From: Convolutriloba macropyga
Taxonomy: Eukaryota
DNA length: 64,000 nucleotides
Assembly: GCF_964194025.1 (NCBI RefSeq)
Contig: NC_134478.1
Location: 6,820,001-6,884,000, forward strand
Direction: 5' to 3'
Shown: positions 12,820-24,942 of the stretch, in pieces
Numbering within the stretch: position 1 is the stretch's first letter
Layout: every line of letters starts with the position of its first letter
Made by a program: the position numbers and the translations under genes
Notes under the pieces: generated by a model
Told to the model about the DNA's origin: nothing
Database searches by the model: none
What the model saw: only the letters and a program-made list of their open reading frames with translations

Positions 12820-14570
12820 AGCGATATGAAGGGGGTAGGATTGGGATGGCTGGATGTTCAAATCGCCAGGTTGAGGAGGGTTGACGGAGTGTTGGCGGGG
12901 GGGGGGATTGACCGAGAGGGTCAATTTTAAGATTAAGAACAGCCCTTCACATCATGAAATTGTCTCCTCAAAATAGTGTTGTTGAGTTGCATATTTTGAT
13001 ACAAGTAAGGCTCTAAGAGAACCCTCCGAGCTTCACCTATTTATGTCGCTTTAGATGACAAAAATGGTAAAAGGGTCAGACGCAAATTCGGACGACACTA
13101 AACCGAATAAAAGTAAGTTTTCAGACAAATGAGCAAATGTGATTGCGAATTAGGTCAAAATGCTGAAAATACTCAAAATAGGAAATTTGTGTGCAAATTT
13201 TTGATGTCAAGTTTTTTTTTTAAAAATCTTTCAAAATTTATCGAATAAAAGCTAGAACAATTAATACAACTCAGGATTTGAAAAATGAAAACTAAGAACA
13301 AAATTTAGAAAACCAAACAAAAATCATCAAAAAAATTGAAACGCGATTGCATTCCAGCGAAAATAGAAACCTGCAAATGTCGACTACTGACTCAGGACAT
13401 GGTTTACTAAAATTAAGTAACCTAACCGACTATAGTCAAGCGAACTGCTATCAAACAACTGGCCAGCCTTTGGCTTCATCAGTAGCTAACTGCGTCTTAT
13501 GGAGGCTAGCTTTAGCTTCATGGAGTGTGGAAGGGGGTGAGAATGGATAAGTGTAATCAGTGCGTATGCAGTAGACGATAAGTGTTACTGGTGGAAAGAG
13601 ATAGTAGGGTTTGATTGGGGGGACGAAGTGGGAGAGGGGGCCCTTCAGACCATCAATATGAGCCTCCTAAACAGTCCCAGTGAATCACATACTTTAGTAA
13701 GCCTTAAACCTCTAAGAGACCTTAATGCCCAACGGTCTTTACCAATTTATGGCGTTTTTGAGGACGAAAAGCCAAATGGTCAACCGAAAAGTCGGTGTTG
13801 CAAAAAATTGCATTACGTAATATGGCCAGTAGAACACCGGAAACGATCAGAAGTCTTGCAATATAATGTCTGAACTAACCGCGCCAGAATCAGCATTATC
13901 AAAGAAAAACAAAACGGTGTTCACAATAAAACTACAGAGTGTTTTAAAAAATGCAGACACAATTTTTAGTTCAGGGTTGTTGGTAGGTGTGGGGGATTGG
14001 GGGAGGATTTGATGTGGGCGTGGAGGGTAGGGAGCCAGGGTAGGGGGTGCCGTCTGCAGCTTGGAGAGGGAGCAAAGGAGGGATTGTTATGGGACAATTT
14101 CTCAAAATGACCCTTTGCGACTTGAATATTACCAGTATACTAGTAATTAAGCTATTGTTAAAAAAATGTGTGGAAACAGAAGTCATAGATCTTAAATAAA
14201 ATTTAGTGCTCGAAAACAAAAATCGAAGTTCAAGTCATGAACAACCTTGCTACAGTTCAAAAAATCTCGAGATTACCAATGCTCGTCGGGCGAATTGCTT
14301 TCAAAGGACGCGTGAGCTTGGCTTTGCTAGGAGCCAGCTGGGATGCCAGCATTAGGGGGTGGGAGGACTGGGAGGGGGTGCAAGCATTTGGCCCTTCACA
14401 CCCTGAAAATGTCTCCCCAAAATAGATTTGGTGAATCGCCTTCTTAGAGTATAGTAAGGCGTAAGGCTCTAAAAGAACTTAACGCCCTCCGCGCTTTACC
14501 TGTTTACGCCATTTTTGAGAACCAGAAGTTAAGAGGGTCAGACGCACAGTCGGTCAGCGAAAAATTGAAT
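12820..14570. repeat. Cluster of ~4 degenerate copies of the G-rich interior of family H2
   Basis: Recurrent G-runs followed by GGCTCTAAGAGA..TACCTGTTTA..GGGTCAGACG..TCGG, also seen at 32.7-33.0, 39.05-39.35 and 53.0-53.3 kb. Confidence 0.55.
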
Positions 14571-15357
14571 CAATATTGTTGATTAAATCCATGTACAAAT
14601 ACAAGCCTTAAAAGAGACCGCATGCCGTGGCCTTCAAGATTTTTCACTTAGTTCCACGCTTTCAAGCAGCTGATCTAGAGTGTGATCCAGAAAATATTAG
14701 AAGAGATGTGAGACTAGCAAAATAGTTGTTAATTGATCCAATTTATAACAGAATAAATGCGCGAAACAAGATCAAACAATTTCAACATTACTTTTCACCA
14801 TCCATTTTTATAACGAATCATTATTGTTTGTTTCGAGTGACGATCAAGTTGATAGCTCCTTAAATCAATTGTCCATTCGAAGCAGTTGTTTCATTTTCTC
14901 CCGAAATAAGAATAAACAGTAAGTGAGATCCTTTCAAAATTCTTAAAATTGAACATTTGCAAGATCCTTCCAATAATGAAAAAACGCAGCAAAAAAGACC
15001 TTCTGGTCCCAATATAATGCTCTTCAACGTAGCTATCGAGACTGTATAAATGCCTTTAGCAAGTCTATGAAGGGTAAAATTGGAATTGTTTCGTTTCCAG
15101 CGATAGAAAATGATATATATTTGATAATTGGTCACCCTGATTGTAAAGATAAGTCCCGCTTTTTACCATCAAAGCACGAGAAAAAAAACACCGCAAAACA
15201 GTACCTATGCGACTTATTAAGATATAAAAGAGCGTCTATTCAGAGCGCAGGAAGGTTAGTCATTGACGTACGAAGTCACAGTTTTATCATGAAAATGAAA
15301 CAGGAGAAAAATGAAACAATTGCATCACAATACTAAATGTGGCCAAAGATAATCTGA

Positions 15358-15484
15358 TCAGTGATGTTTGTCATGATCGGATGGTGTGTCCAGGAGTTCC
15401 TCTTTCGATGCTGGCACGTACTGATAGTCTTCCACATTATATCTATCTCCTAAGTATTGGATTATATCGTCTGGCGTTTGTAAC
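15358..15484 (-). CDS. NDUFAB1: Mitochondrial acyl carrier protein, exon 3
   Basis: CTTCAG acceptor; phase-2 join gives R-LQTPDDIIQYLGDRYNVEDYQYVPASKEELLDTPSDHDKHH*, the ACP helix IV plus a tail. Not in the ORF track. Confidence 0.82.
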
Positions 15485-16378
15485 CTGAAGCAGCAAACAA
15501 CAGTTCAGGTTGGTCAAACAGTTGATTGGATAGCCAACAGATTATCGGATAATCACGGTTACAGAATAACGCTTGGAGATATGATCACTGTAGGTTAAAG
15601 AAAGCGTAAAATTCAGAGTTTATTTAAAAACAATCATGGCTTTTGTAACTTGAAGCAACCAACTTGAAATCAGTAAGATCATACTAATTTCAAGACCGAC
15701 CGAACAAATCTAACAGGATGCTAAAGTCGTTCTTCGTGTGGTTGCTTTTCTAGAACTCGTCTTTTTGAGTCCAGAATTTTTTTGCCAGCCTCTACTTTGC
15801 GAATAGCATCGAATACAATGGTAAGTATTATTTTTGCGGTTATATTGGCTGGCTACTTTGGAAACGTAGATGAAGCCTTGAACATAGATGGTTGATTGCC
15901 AAAAAGCTGGAATAGCTTCGTAGAGTGTAGTCTCAAATAACGAATAGAAATAAGAACCGAAAATTTATTTACCTGCATGGAAAAAAGTATTAATCTAAAG
16001 TCCTTAAAAAAGTTAACCAGTTAACCATTAACTAAAAGCATTCAATTAATAATAATAATTGTGGTTTCTGCGTAATCGCAGTGGAACAGCATTAGGCCTA
16101 CAGTAGCCTGTTTTCAGCTGCCCTTTTTCTTATTTTTTCTAATTCGGAGTGACCACAATTATCAATTCAATTGGTTCCAAAACTCGTGAAAATATGTGAA
16201 CAGATCTTAAAAAAAACAGCCAAAATGAAACATTCCATTATTGACAGATTGAAAACTTTTGTGAAGCAATTATCTTCATTATCGCATGAATCCTACTTAC
16301 GCTAAGTTTCATAAATGGAATAATTTACACCAGGTTGAAGAAAAAAGCGTTTTCTAAAATGCTCTGGATTTCGCTTAC

Positions 16379-16605
16379 CTATCCATAACATGCTCTGGGA
16401 TCTCCATATCGAAATCGTCCTCAACATGGATGATGATTTCCACGTGGTCGAGACTATTGAGTCCCAGGTCGTGTGCAAAGTGTGAGGTGGCAGTGAGCTT
16501 GTCAACTTCTATCTTGTCAAACATCTTCAGTACAAACATCACTCTATCGTGGATCTGTTGCAGTGTAGGAGGAGCGGCACTCATACAACGCCTCCACACC
16601 AAACT
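16379..16605 (-). CDS. NDUFAB1: Mitochondrial acyl carrier protein, exon 2 (ACP core)
   Basis: RVMFVLKMFDKI..SHFAHDLGLNSLDHVEIIIHVEDDFDMEIP; TTGCAG acceptor and GTAAGC donor. Confidence 0.9.
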
Positions 16606-16975
16606 CTGCAAATTCAAAGATAGAAAATAAAACATGAGAAAATACGAAACGATTAGAAATCCTCGAAACGAAATTAAACCGCAGCCGGATTTGAAAACAA
16701 CTTTTCCAGCAGTTCCAGAAAACCTGTCAAAAGTTTTGCAATGTCAGAAATTACTGAACAACAAAGTGCTTTATCGTGTCAAAAATTTTTAAGACAAATC
16801 TACAACAAACCGGTGATTTACTAAATTACAAATAAAAATTCAGAACCCCCTGCCCATTATATTACCAAAAGTAGGCGATTCAGATAACCATATTATTTCC
16901 AAGCCTTTAATTCAGTCAGAGCTATATACACATAAGCCTTTTACATCCAATTAAAATCTCAGTTTTCCAGAACAA

Positions 16976-19686
16976 TGTTCCGACCCACTTTACTGGGGGG
17001 AGGAACTATATACCCGAATGTTTTTTTGTTCAGTCAATTTTGGCCGATCGTCGAAGGGAGCTGTGAGTTACATCATTAGAAAGCCGGTCCAGCTTAGAAT
17101 ATGGAAATAAAATTTTTTTTCATTTTCGCTTTTTTCAGTGAGTTAACGAGGTTTTAAGTTTTGTGAATAATAGACGGATTTCCGTTGATTTTATTCACAT
17201 TTTCCGGTACTTTTGCCTATATTTTTTGTCAGTTTTGCTTATATGTTAAAATTAAATTAAAAAATTTTGTTGGTTTGTTTTCGAAAGATAGAAGACTGTT
17301 GATGAGCTTTTTCTGATTTTTTGGCTCAAATTGTTGCTTTATATTTCAAAAAACCATTTCAGCCTTTTTTTCAACGAAAATCGCAAGAAATAAGCTTCTT
17401 TAAACACTTTGTTCGAATTTGCCGGAAGTGAACACCAAAAAACTGCTGACACAAAATGCTTCAGCTCAAGATAGGGTTAATTTACTTCTCCGCTTTCTTT
17501 GTAAGGTTTCTACGATTGAAATTTTGCCGGTTTGTAGCTAATATAGCTCAATAATTATACAAACAGCATGACTTTTCTCTGATAATTGAATTTTTTTGTC
17601 AAACTATTGATATCCCATACACTGGGGCCAATGCATGTCCCTAATGAACGAAGTATTAGCAGAGCTGGTTTTGGTCTAATCGTTGAATTCTAAAAGCAGA
17701 AAATAATCCGGATTAACAAGAAACTATTGACTTTTTATGTTCATTACAGAGCAGAACATTTCACATCTAGTTTCACTATGGACGGGTCCAATTGGTTTTA
17801 TAAACAATTGCCAGGTAATATTTTTACTTTTTTAGTAGAAAGCTTATTGTCGTTTGACTTTTAAAATCATTTGTTTTAAAAATAAACAATGGATTATAGA
17901 GCTGCCACATTTATCCCTTATTTTGTTCAACTTATAACTTAGTTTCAATAGAAAGAATGCATCTTCTACTTAATTAAATTTTAGTCTATTGCGGCTTTGA
18001 ACTACTAGTTTCGCAAATAATTAGAAATTCTGGACATTTGCCCATTTTCAGGTCCTTTTTTCTGGTTTTGTCACATTATCAAAATGCTGATAGGTTATTT
18101 ATCACTTTATTGGTGTTCAAAAAATAGACACAAGTGAAAAATTAAATTTTAAAGGAATGGTTATAGTTTTGACGGCTCCGACACCGTTTTCTAGAACTTG
18201 AAGGCACTTTTTCTTTGTCTTAACTGCTTTTTTTCTTATAGGCGTATGAGGCTACTTTTATAGGCGTATGAGGAACTTTTTCTTATAGGCGTATGAGGCT
18301 TTTTTCTCATAGGCGTATGAGGAACAAATGAGCCGATTTACTTATTTTAGTTGTTAGCTGATGGTTTTCATATTTTTTCAAGAAATGTAAGATTTTTTAA
18401 AAAATTTTCCATCTTCTGTTCCTTTTGTCTATTTCTCACCTAGCCTCAATAACAATGTCACATACTACACTTTGGGATTTTGGGGTCAAGTTGGAGATTT
18501 TAGTGAAATAATCATGGCTTTAATAGCTTCGACAACGGTTTTTCTAGAAATTATATTATTTGATTTTTGTTTGTATTGAAGTTCTTTAAACGTATGAAAA
18601 CTCTATTAACTACTGGTCATATATCACCTTTTTGTCATCAAAGGAACGCGCAATTGAATAAAGTTCGTTTCTAAATGAATTGATGGTCGATGGTCTGAAC
18701 GGATTCAACGCCGGTTTTTTCCAAAATAATTATTTTTCGATTTTTGACTGTTTGATGTTCTTTTTGTTAACGTATGACTTACTGCGAGTAATGACAGGTC
18801 TCAATGGCTTCTGTTGGAGGAATCAAGGAACCTATTTAATGATTTGAATAGCTGATGGTTTTCATGACTAAAAATTGTTTTCAAAACATAAGTATTTCGT
18901 GACTTTGCATCTTGTTCTTTTCTGTCTATTTTCGTCTATCTAATGAATTTCCCGACCTTTAAAATAATTGTTTTCGAAAAAAACAAACGTTGTTTTTAAC
19001 TTTGCTCTTTTATTCCCTGCTTGTTAGTCTCATTAATGAGTGGTTACATATCACTTCATTGGCGTTCAAAAAAACTCGCAATCAAACATTTCTTAATCCT
19101 AGCGCAAAAATTTTGGTCATAACGGGTTCGGCATCGTTTTCTTGCAAAATATTTTTGATTTTTTTTTCTGTATTTGTTGGTTTTTTGAGGTCGTATAAAA
19201 AAAATCGTAATAATGACAGGTCCCAATGTCTTATCTAAAAGAGTTATAGATGATATTAAACATAATGATTTCAGTTCATATCTAATGGTTTTCATTACGT
19301 TTGTTGCCAAGTCTCAATAAGGACTGGTTCTATCTTCTCTATATCTTTTCTAGTGATGAACAATGAACTAGTTATTTTTAGTTTAGGTTTTATCTGACGC
19401 CATTTAGACTTTGCTATTAAGTTTTTCTCTAAATAGAGATCGAGTTTTGTATTTTATTAATGTTGGTTGTTGTTATTTGATTTTGTTTGTCTCGTATTCT
19501 TAATAATGGCAAAGCTCCACGGTCCTCTACAGCGGCATTTTTTAAATTCCACTGAATGACCTGAGTTGGCCGCAATTTTTTAATCACACACCAGACATTT
19601 TCGAAAAACACTCGAATTTTTGATTCTATCCCTTCCTCATTTGGTAGACAATTAAGCTGAAAATGAGGATGAGCGGGGTCGGAACA
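16976..19686 (+). mobile_element. Non-autonomous DNA transposon with TGTTCCGACCC terminal inverted repeats (copy A, in NDUFAB1 intron 1)
   Basis: TGTTCCGACCC at 16976 and GGGGTCGGAACA ending 19686; both ends are homologous, in inverted orientation, to copy B; internal (ATAGGCGTATGAGG)x4 at ~18238-18322. Confidence 0.7.
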
Positions 19687-20004
19687 TTATGTGCTTACGC
19701 ACTTTATTTAGCCTCCTTGTTACAATTAAGGGTGGGAGTGATGTAAATAAATATGAGGGGTCCTGTGATTAATTAATATAGGACATGCCCCGCAGAACAA
19801 GCCTACACGAGTGCGCTCTATGGATTCTACGTACATCAGTGATAGGAGCAGAAGAATGATAGAATATTTTTGCTGGCAAGCACAGTTTTTCACACGAAGG
19901 CCATCGTGCTATTTTAGCAAGTTAATTAAGACTTTTTATATCAATTGATTCAATTTCAATTTGCACTGCGCACTAAGATAGAATTAAGGTTTTTTAGTAC
20001 TCAC

Positions 20005-20226
20005 CAATTGAGGTTCATTGTTGAGACATCGCCCTGTCCTCCTCAGATACTGAATACTCTCATCTCTGTTTTTAACTAATGACTGACAGCTGTTGCTAAA
20101 TTTGAGATATTGGAAACGAGAAGAGGCTGGCAGAGCAGGTGCAAAAAGGAAGCTAGCATGATGCAGTTTGCCAGGAGCGTACACTGCTGATCGTCTCAGG
20201 AAACAAAATGCGCTCGCCAAAACCAT
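20005..20226 (-). CDS. NDUFAB1: Mitochondrial acyl carrier protein, exon 1 (transit peptide)
   Basis: MVLASAFCFLRRSAVYAPGKLHH.. is R/S/A/L-rich and acid-poor at the N-terminus; GTGAGT donor at 20004 is in phase with exon 2. Confidence 0.75.
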
Positions 20227-20325
20227 TGCGGCTCTGAAACGAATCTTACAAACCAATCTCATCAGAAATTTGATTTTGGAACCATTGCATCGAGTCAAAA
20301 CTTTGGATCTCTAGTAACATTTATA

Positions 20326-20533
20326 GGTTGTTCAGTTAGCGGTCATATCCCAATCGATACTAGCCCATTGAGCCAATCGAAGAGACTGGAGAAAGCAAAC
20401 TGACATCACATCAACTCAACTCAATTCAGAATCGAGAGGAGGAGTGACAAATAATATCTGATGCTGTAAATCAGCTGAAGTTTCAACTGGATATTTACTA
20501 GGAACGTGGTAATGACACGATTCCCACATCAGG
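20326..20533 (-). ncRNA. Putative box H/ACA RNA (~208 nt), U17/snR30-like architecture, copy A
   Basis: 5' domain closed by CTGATGT/GCATCAG and enclosing two hairpins; H box ATATTA; internal hairpin; 3' hairpin TCAGTTTGC/GCTAACTGA with internal loop; ACA where inter-copy homology ends. Confidence 0.6.
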
Positions 20534-20682
20534 TAAGGAAAATATTTTCAGGAAATTAACTGGTTCACAAGATACATTAGACCAAAATATTTAAGTCAAC
20601 CGATCAATTTCACAAGTTACTTTACATGGAACATGCTAATGAACTAACTCCAATATGAACCTTTTTAAGCTTCAACCTACGC

Positions 20683-20810
20683 ATTCAGTTGACGGTCATA
20701 TCCCAATCGCCATCAGCTGATTGAGATTATGATAGTGATGGGGGCAATTCAAACTATCACATCAACTCAGCTCAATCCAAAGGAAAGCACAGGAGTGAAA
20801 ATTGATACGA
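20683..20810 (-). pseudogene. Degenerate 3'-half copy of the H/ACA-like RNA (ACA lost)
   Basis: CAGTTGACGGTCATATCCCAATCG..ATCACATCAACTCAGCTCAAT..GGAGTGA homologous to copy A. Confidence 0.45.
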
Positions 20811-23691
20811 AATTCTGGTTGTTTTCTAGGAAGGTAGAGGGAAACTACTATGAATCAAGTTTCCGCCCATTTATCTGTAATTCGATCTGGAAATTGCATT
20901 GAGAGCGGAAAGCTTAAATATATGACTCGTTACTTAGTAATTCGAAACAGATTTATTTTGTTAACTTTAAAAAGCCTCAGGGGCCAAACAACAATCTAAA
21001 GCTCTCTGGGCACTCACGAAAGACAAAATGTCACGCCCCTATTTCGTCCCTCATAGTTACGTGATTATTTTCCTTTAAATATCCATAAATAAGTGCTTTG
21101 ATCTAGTTCATATTCAGATAGATCTCAAGGCCATATATAGCTAGTATTTACATCTAGGCCTGTAACCCCTAATTTGTTTATGTTTATGAAAAACAACCGC
21201 AGATTGACAGTTCACTGATAAACATGATAAACATATCAAGTGCCTAAAAGCCTCAATATTTACTTTTTTGAGTTTCCTGAAGATAAATTCGCATAATTAG
21301 TAAATAACTTCATGAGAGATTATGTACTTGGTGAAGTAATTATTCTGATAAAGTAGGTGCTAATACGGAACTTGTATATGTACTTAAAAAACATCAAGAG
21401 ACGTACAAAAGCCGGAAATCGCCCAACTTGTAGATCAGTAAATATTTGCGAAGGACCAATACAACTCAAGGTACAGCCCTGCGGAACCTACGATCACCAG
21501 AACACTGGAGAACCAGCCTACAATCAGTTGATTTACACCTTTAAAAACTTGATATAACTTGAGAACTTCTTGCTAATAATTATTGATTAATTCGAGTTGA
21601 AATAATTAAAGATTGAACTGGAAAATCTTTATAAATTACTAAGTCAAATCAGGCTTCCTAAGAGCACAGCTTTGAACAAACAAAACTTCGAAATACAAGG
21701 CAAACTAGTGGATATATCGCACATCCGAACCGCTCAATAAAAGGCTATCACTAGCTAACTTTATTCAAAATAAATCCGCTAAAAACCGCACTGTGAAACA
21801 TCAAAATAAGTCCTTGTAAAATGACAATTATTCACATTATTTACTGCTAATATTAACCTCTGAAAACACCAAGAGGAACACTCTTAAAATCAGTGCGTAA
21901 CACAAAAGTTAAGGTGATAGCATACAAAACAAAACCATACAACAATCTTCCAAGATCTATATTGTCGAGAATCGTCGGCAACACGATATTTATACACTGT
22001 TACAATGCTTCTGATAACAACACTCAAAACAATCAACGCAGCTTCTTCGAAGTTCGAGAAATTTCAAAAATTTAACTAAAAGACAAAATCATGGTTTCTG
22101 TGCAATTATAACAGTGACAATTACTTAAAAACATGTCGAAAACCTTACCATCAAGACAGCTTAAGAGCATGGCTGCCTCTAAAAATCTGTGAGATTGGCA
22201 AATAACATACAGAACAAAAGCATCAAATTCTTTCGTATAAAAGACTTCAAACAAGATTTTTCCGAATATATTTAAAAATACAGCCCGCAGATTGCCTGAA
22301 AATAGATGCGATAGACCATGACCAACAAAATACCAATCAAAAGAATAATACCTAAAAAAACTTTATTTTGTAACGACTTGTAATGTCTTTAGCTGATTTA
22401 GACTTAAGTGCCGTAAAGCTGCACTCGAATAACCTTCAATTAAAAAAGATGACTTAAAGTTAGAGTGACGTCATTTGGTCGTAACAAAAATATTGACTAC
22501 AAAATAAACATAGCACGACACGTCCTGACCTACAATTCAGAAAATTTTGATTAAACAAAAAACTAGACCTACAAATGACTAACTACAAACGGGCGCGCTC
22601 ACAAAACTAATTAGAAAACATTTCGACCTAAAAATTGAAAAAAATCCCGTCAAATTAACACATGCATATTAAACCACTAGTGATAAACAAACATTTGTTC
22701 AAACACCATTTTTTAACAAAACTTTGGAGTAAAAAAAATGACGACGCACAACTACTTGCTTTTTTGCTCCACTTCTTGTTTGGCGTGATCAAAATCACAA
22801 CTACAATTTCAAAAACTTACAAAAATCAGCGCCCCAATGCAGTTCAAAATCTTTGAGTTGTAAAAACAAAGAGGGCAATACCTCCCGCTCTTCTATCGTT
22901 ATCGCAGCTATTTATATAGACGGTGTAAGCACAATTTGAAATATTTTAATAAAATTCCAGTTTATTGATTAGAACGCGCAAGAAAGTAACTTAATTGGCC
23001 AAATTGTCACTCCGTCACAAAAAAAAACGTGGGCCCTCAACAACAGCTCAAATCTACTTTCTTGGATTTGCATTCTATGCTGGTAGCAAGAAACTAAAAG
23101 ATAAAATAAAACGAGGCAATCCGCGCTGTCCAATAATACAAGATTTCCGCCAACTTTTGAGCGGGCGAAAAAACAGCCGCTAATTAAATCATATAGATAC
23201 TCCCATCCGCAAAGATCGGGCTGGAATAAAGAAAAATGGAATAAGAAAAAAGAAATATTGGGCTTTGAACAAAAAATTCAATTCAAATGAAGAGCAAAAA
23301 CGCATATGAGTTCGACAGCTGACCTTTTCCAAGAATTTACAAATAATTTTCAGTAATCTTCCAAGCTCATGTTAATTTAATCTAAGGTCAGCAGAAGCCC
23401 GCTCTTATATCTTCACACAGCTAGTTCCGTACTCTAATTATCAATCCCAAAAAAGTGGAATTGATAATTAGTCAGCATCAAATTCCTCATTACTCAACTC
23501 GCTTCGTTTAGCTCTGAGTCGCGAAACGAAGAACAATATCAACTGTTTATATTTTGAAGAATTGTACGAATTGAGAATTTAAATGGATATATAAAACAAA
23601 CAATTACAAATTATCAGAAAGTCAGCTGCTGAAATACAAGGATTATGGCAATGACAATTGTCACAAAAAAGTAGGAAAATAAATTCACAAT

Positions 23692-23900
23692 GAATGTTCA
23701 GTTCACGGTCATATCCCAATCGATACAAGCCCATTGCGCCAATCGAAGAGACTGGAGAAAGCAAACTGACATCACATCAACTCAACTCAATTCAGAACAG
23801 AGAAGAGGAGTGAAGATTGCTATCTGATGCTGTAAATCAGCTGAACAATGTCAACTGTATATTTACTAGGAATGTGGTAATGGCACGATTTCTACATCAT
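23692..23900 (-). ncRNA. Putative box H/ACA RNA, copy C
   Basis: H box ATAGCA; 9-bp basal stem TCAGTTTGC/GTGAACTGA; ACA-TTC end; same fold as copy A. Confidence 0.6.
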
Positions 23901-23984
23901 ATTCAGGCGTTAAAAACATAAATAGCAGCCTAACCTTGTATTGACTATTTTTTTTCACTTCCAAAATGTGACCAATTGTCACTT

Positions 23985-24555
23985 GTAAAAATAAAACATA
24001 GCAGGACAAGTCCTGACGTACAATTCAAAGAATTTTCATTGACTAAACAGAAAATCTAGACCTAGAATGGGCTACGAGTGAATTCAGAAAACCATTTTAA
24101 AAAAATCAGAACAAAAAAATAAGAAAAAAAACAAAATCAATATCAAAATGCCGCATGTGAGCAAAAAAAACCCTAGCGAGAAATGAAATTTTAATTCAAA
24201 CAAAAAACTAGGCCTAGAATGAGCTGTGAATGGATTGGGAAAACCATTTACAAAAAAAATCCGATCCAAAAAATCGAAAAAACAGTAAAAATCAGAGTGA
24301 AATTGCCGCATGTGAACAAAAAACCACTACCGAGAAACCGAATTTTTGTTCAAACACCGTTTTCTCACTCTACTTTAAAATTAGAGCGACAAAAATTCAC
24401 GCCGCAAAACCACTTGCTTTTTCGCTCCACTTCCTGTTTCGGCGTGACCAAAATCACTACTCCAATTTGACTTCAAAAATCATGAAAATGTGTGAACAGA
24501 TCTTAAAAAAAAAAGACAGCGCCCCAATACAATTCAAATTCTTTGAATTGTAATA
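23985..24555. repeat. Dispersed repeat (H1 interior), similar to 35955-36470 and more weakly to 22480-22870
   Basis: Shared CAGGACAAGTCCTGACGTACAATTCAAAG..CGGCGTGACCAAAA..CAGCGCCCCAATAC blocks. Confidence 0.7.
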
Positions 24556-24942
24556 AATGGCAACCAAATTGTCATTAAACATTAAGCACACAGTACGAAA
24601 AAAATGAACAAATCAGTTTGCCATTCCACAATAAAAAATCAAGGGTATATAGAAAAAGACAAGTTAATTCCTCCAAAGAGAGTATTTGCACGACAGTTAT
24701 CAGATTCTCCAATACGAACTTGATATCATGTAGTCGAAAATGAGGGAAGACACAGACAGCACAAAACATTCGGAAGAAAATTGAACACTTAGCAATAGTT
24801 TTTTACAATCGCAGGGTGCCCAGTTAAACTCACGGTCAAATTTTGACCCGAAATCATTTTGAACTAAAAACAAATATCAGTCAAACCTCGTATTGAATAC
24901 AAATATCAACAAGGCGGCTCGGTAATGTGCAATGGCACATAA

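Noticed and set aside
14660-15340. Coding-like plus-strand stretch downstream of NDUFAB1
   Set aside because: Multiple stops and no recognisable motif; cannot be supported.
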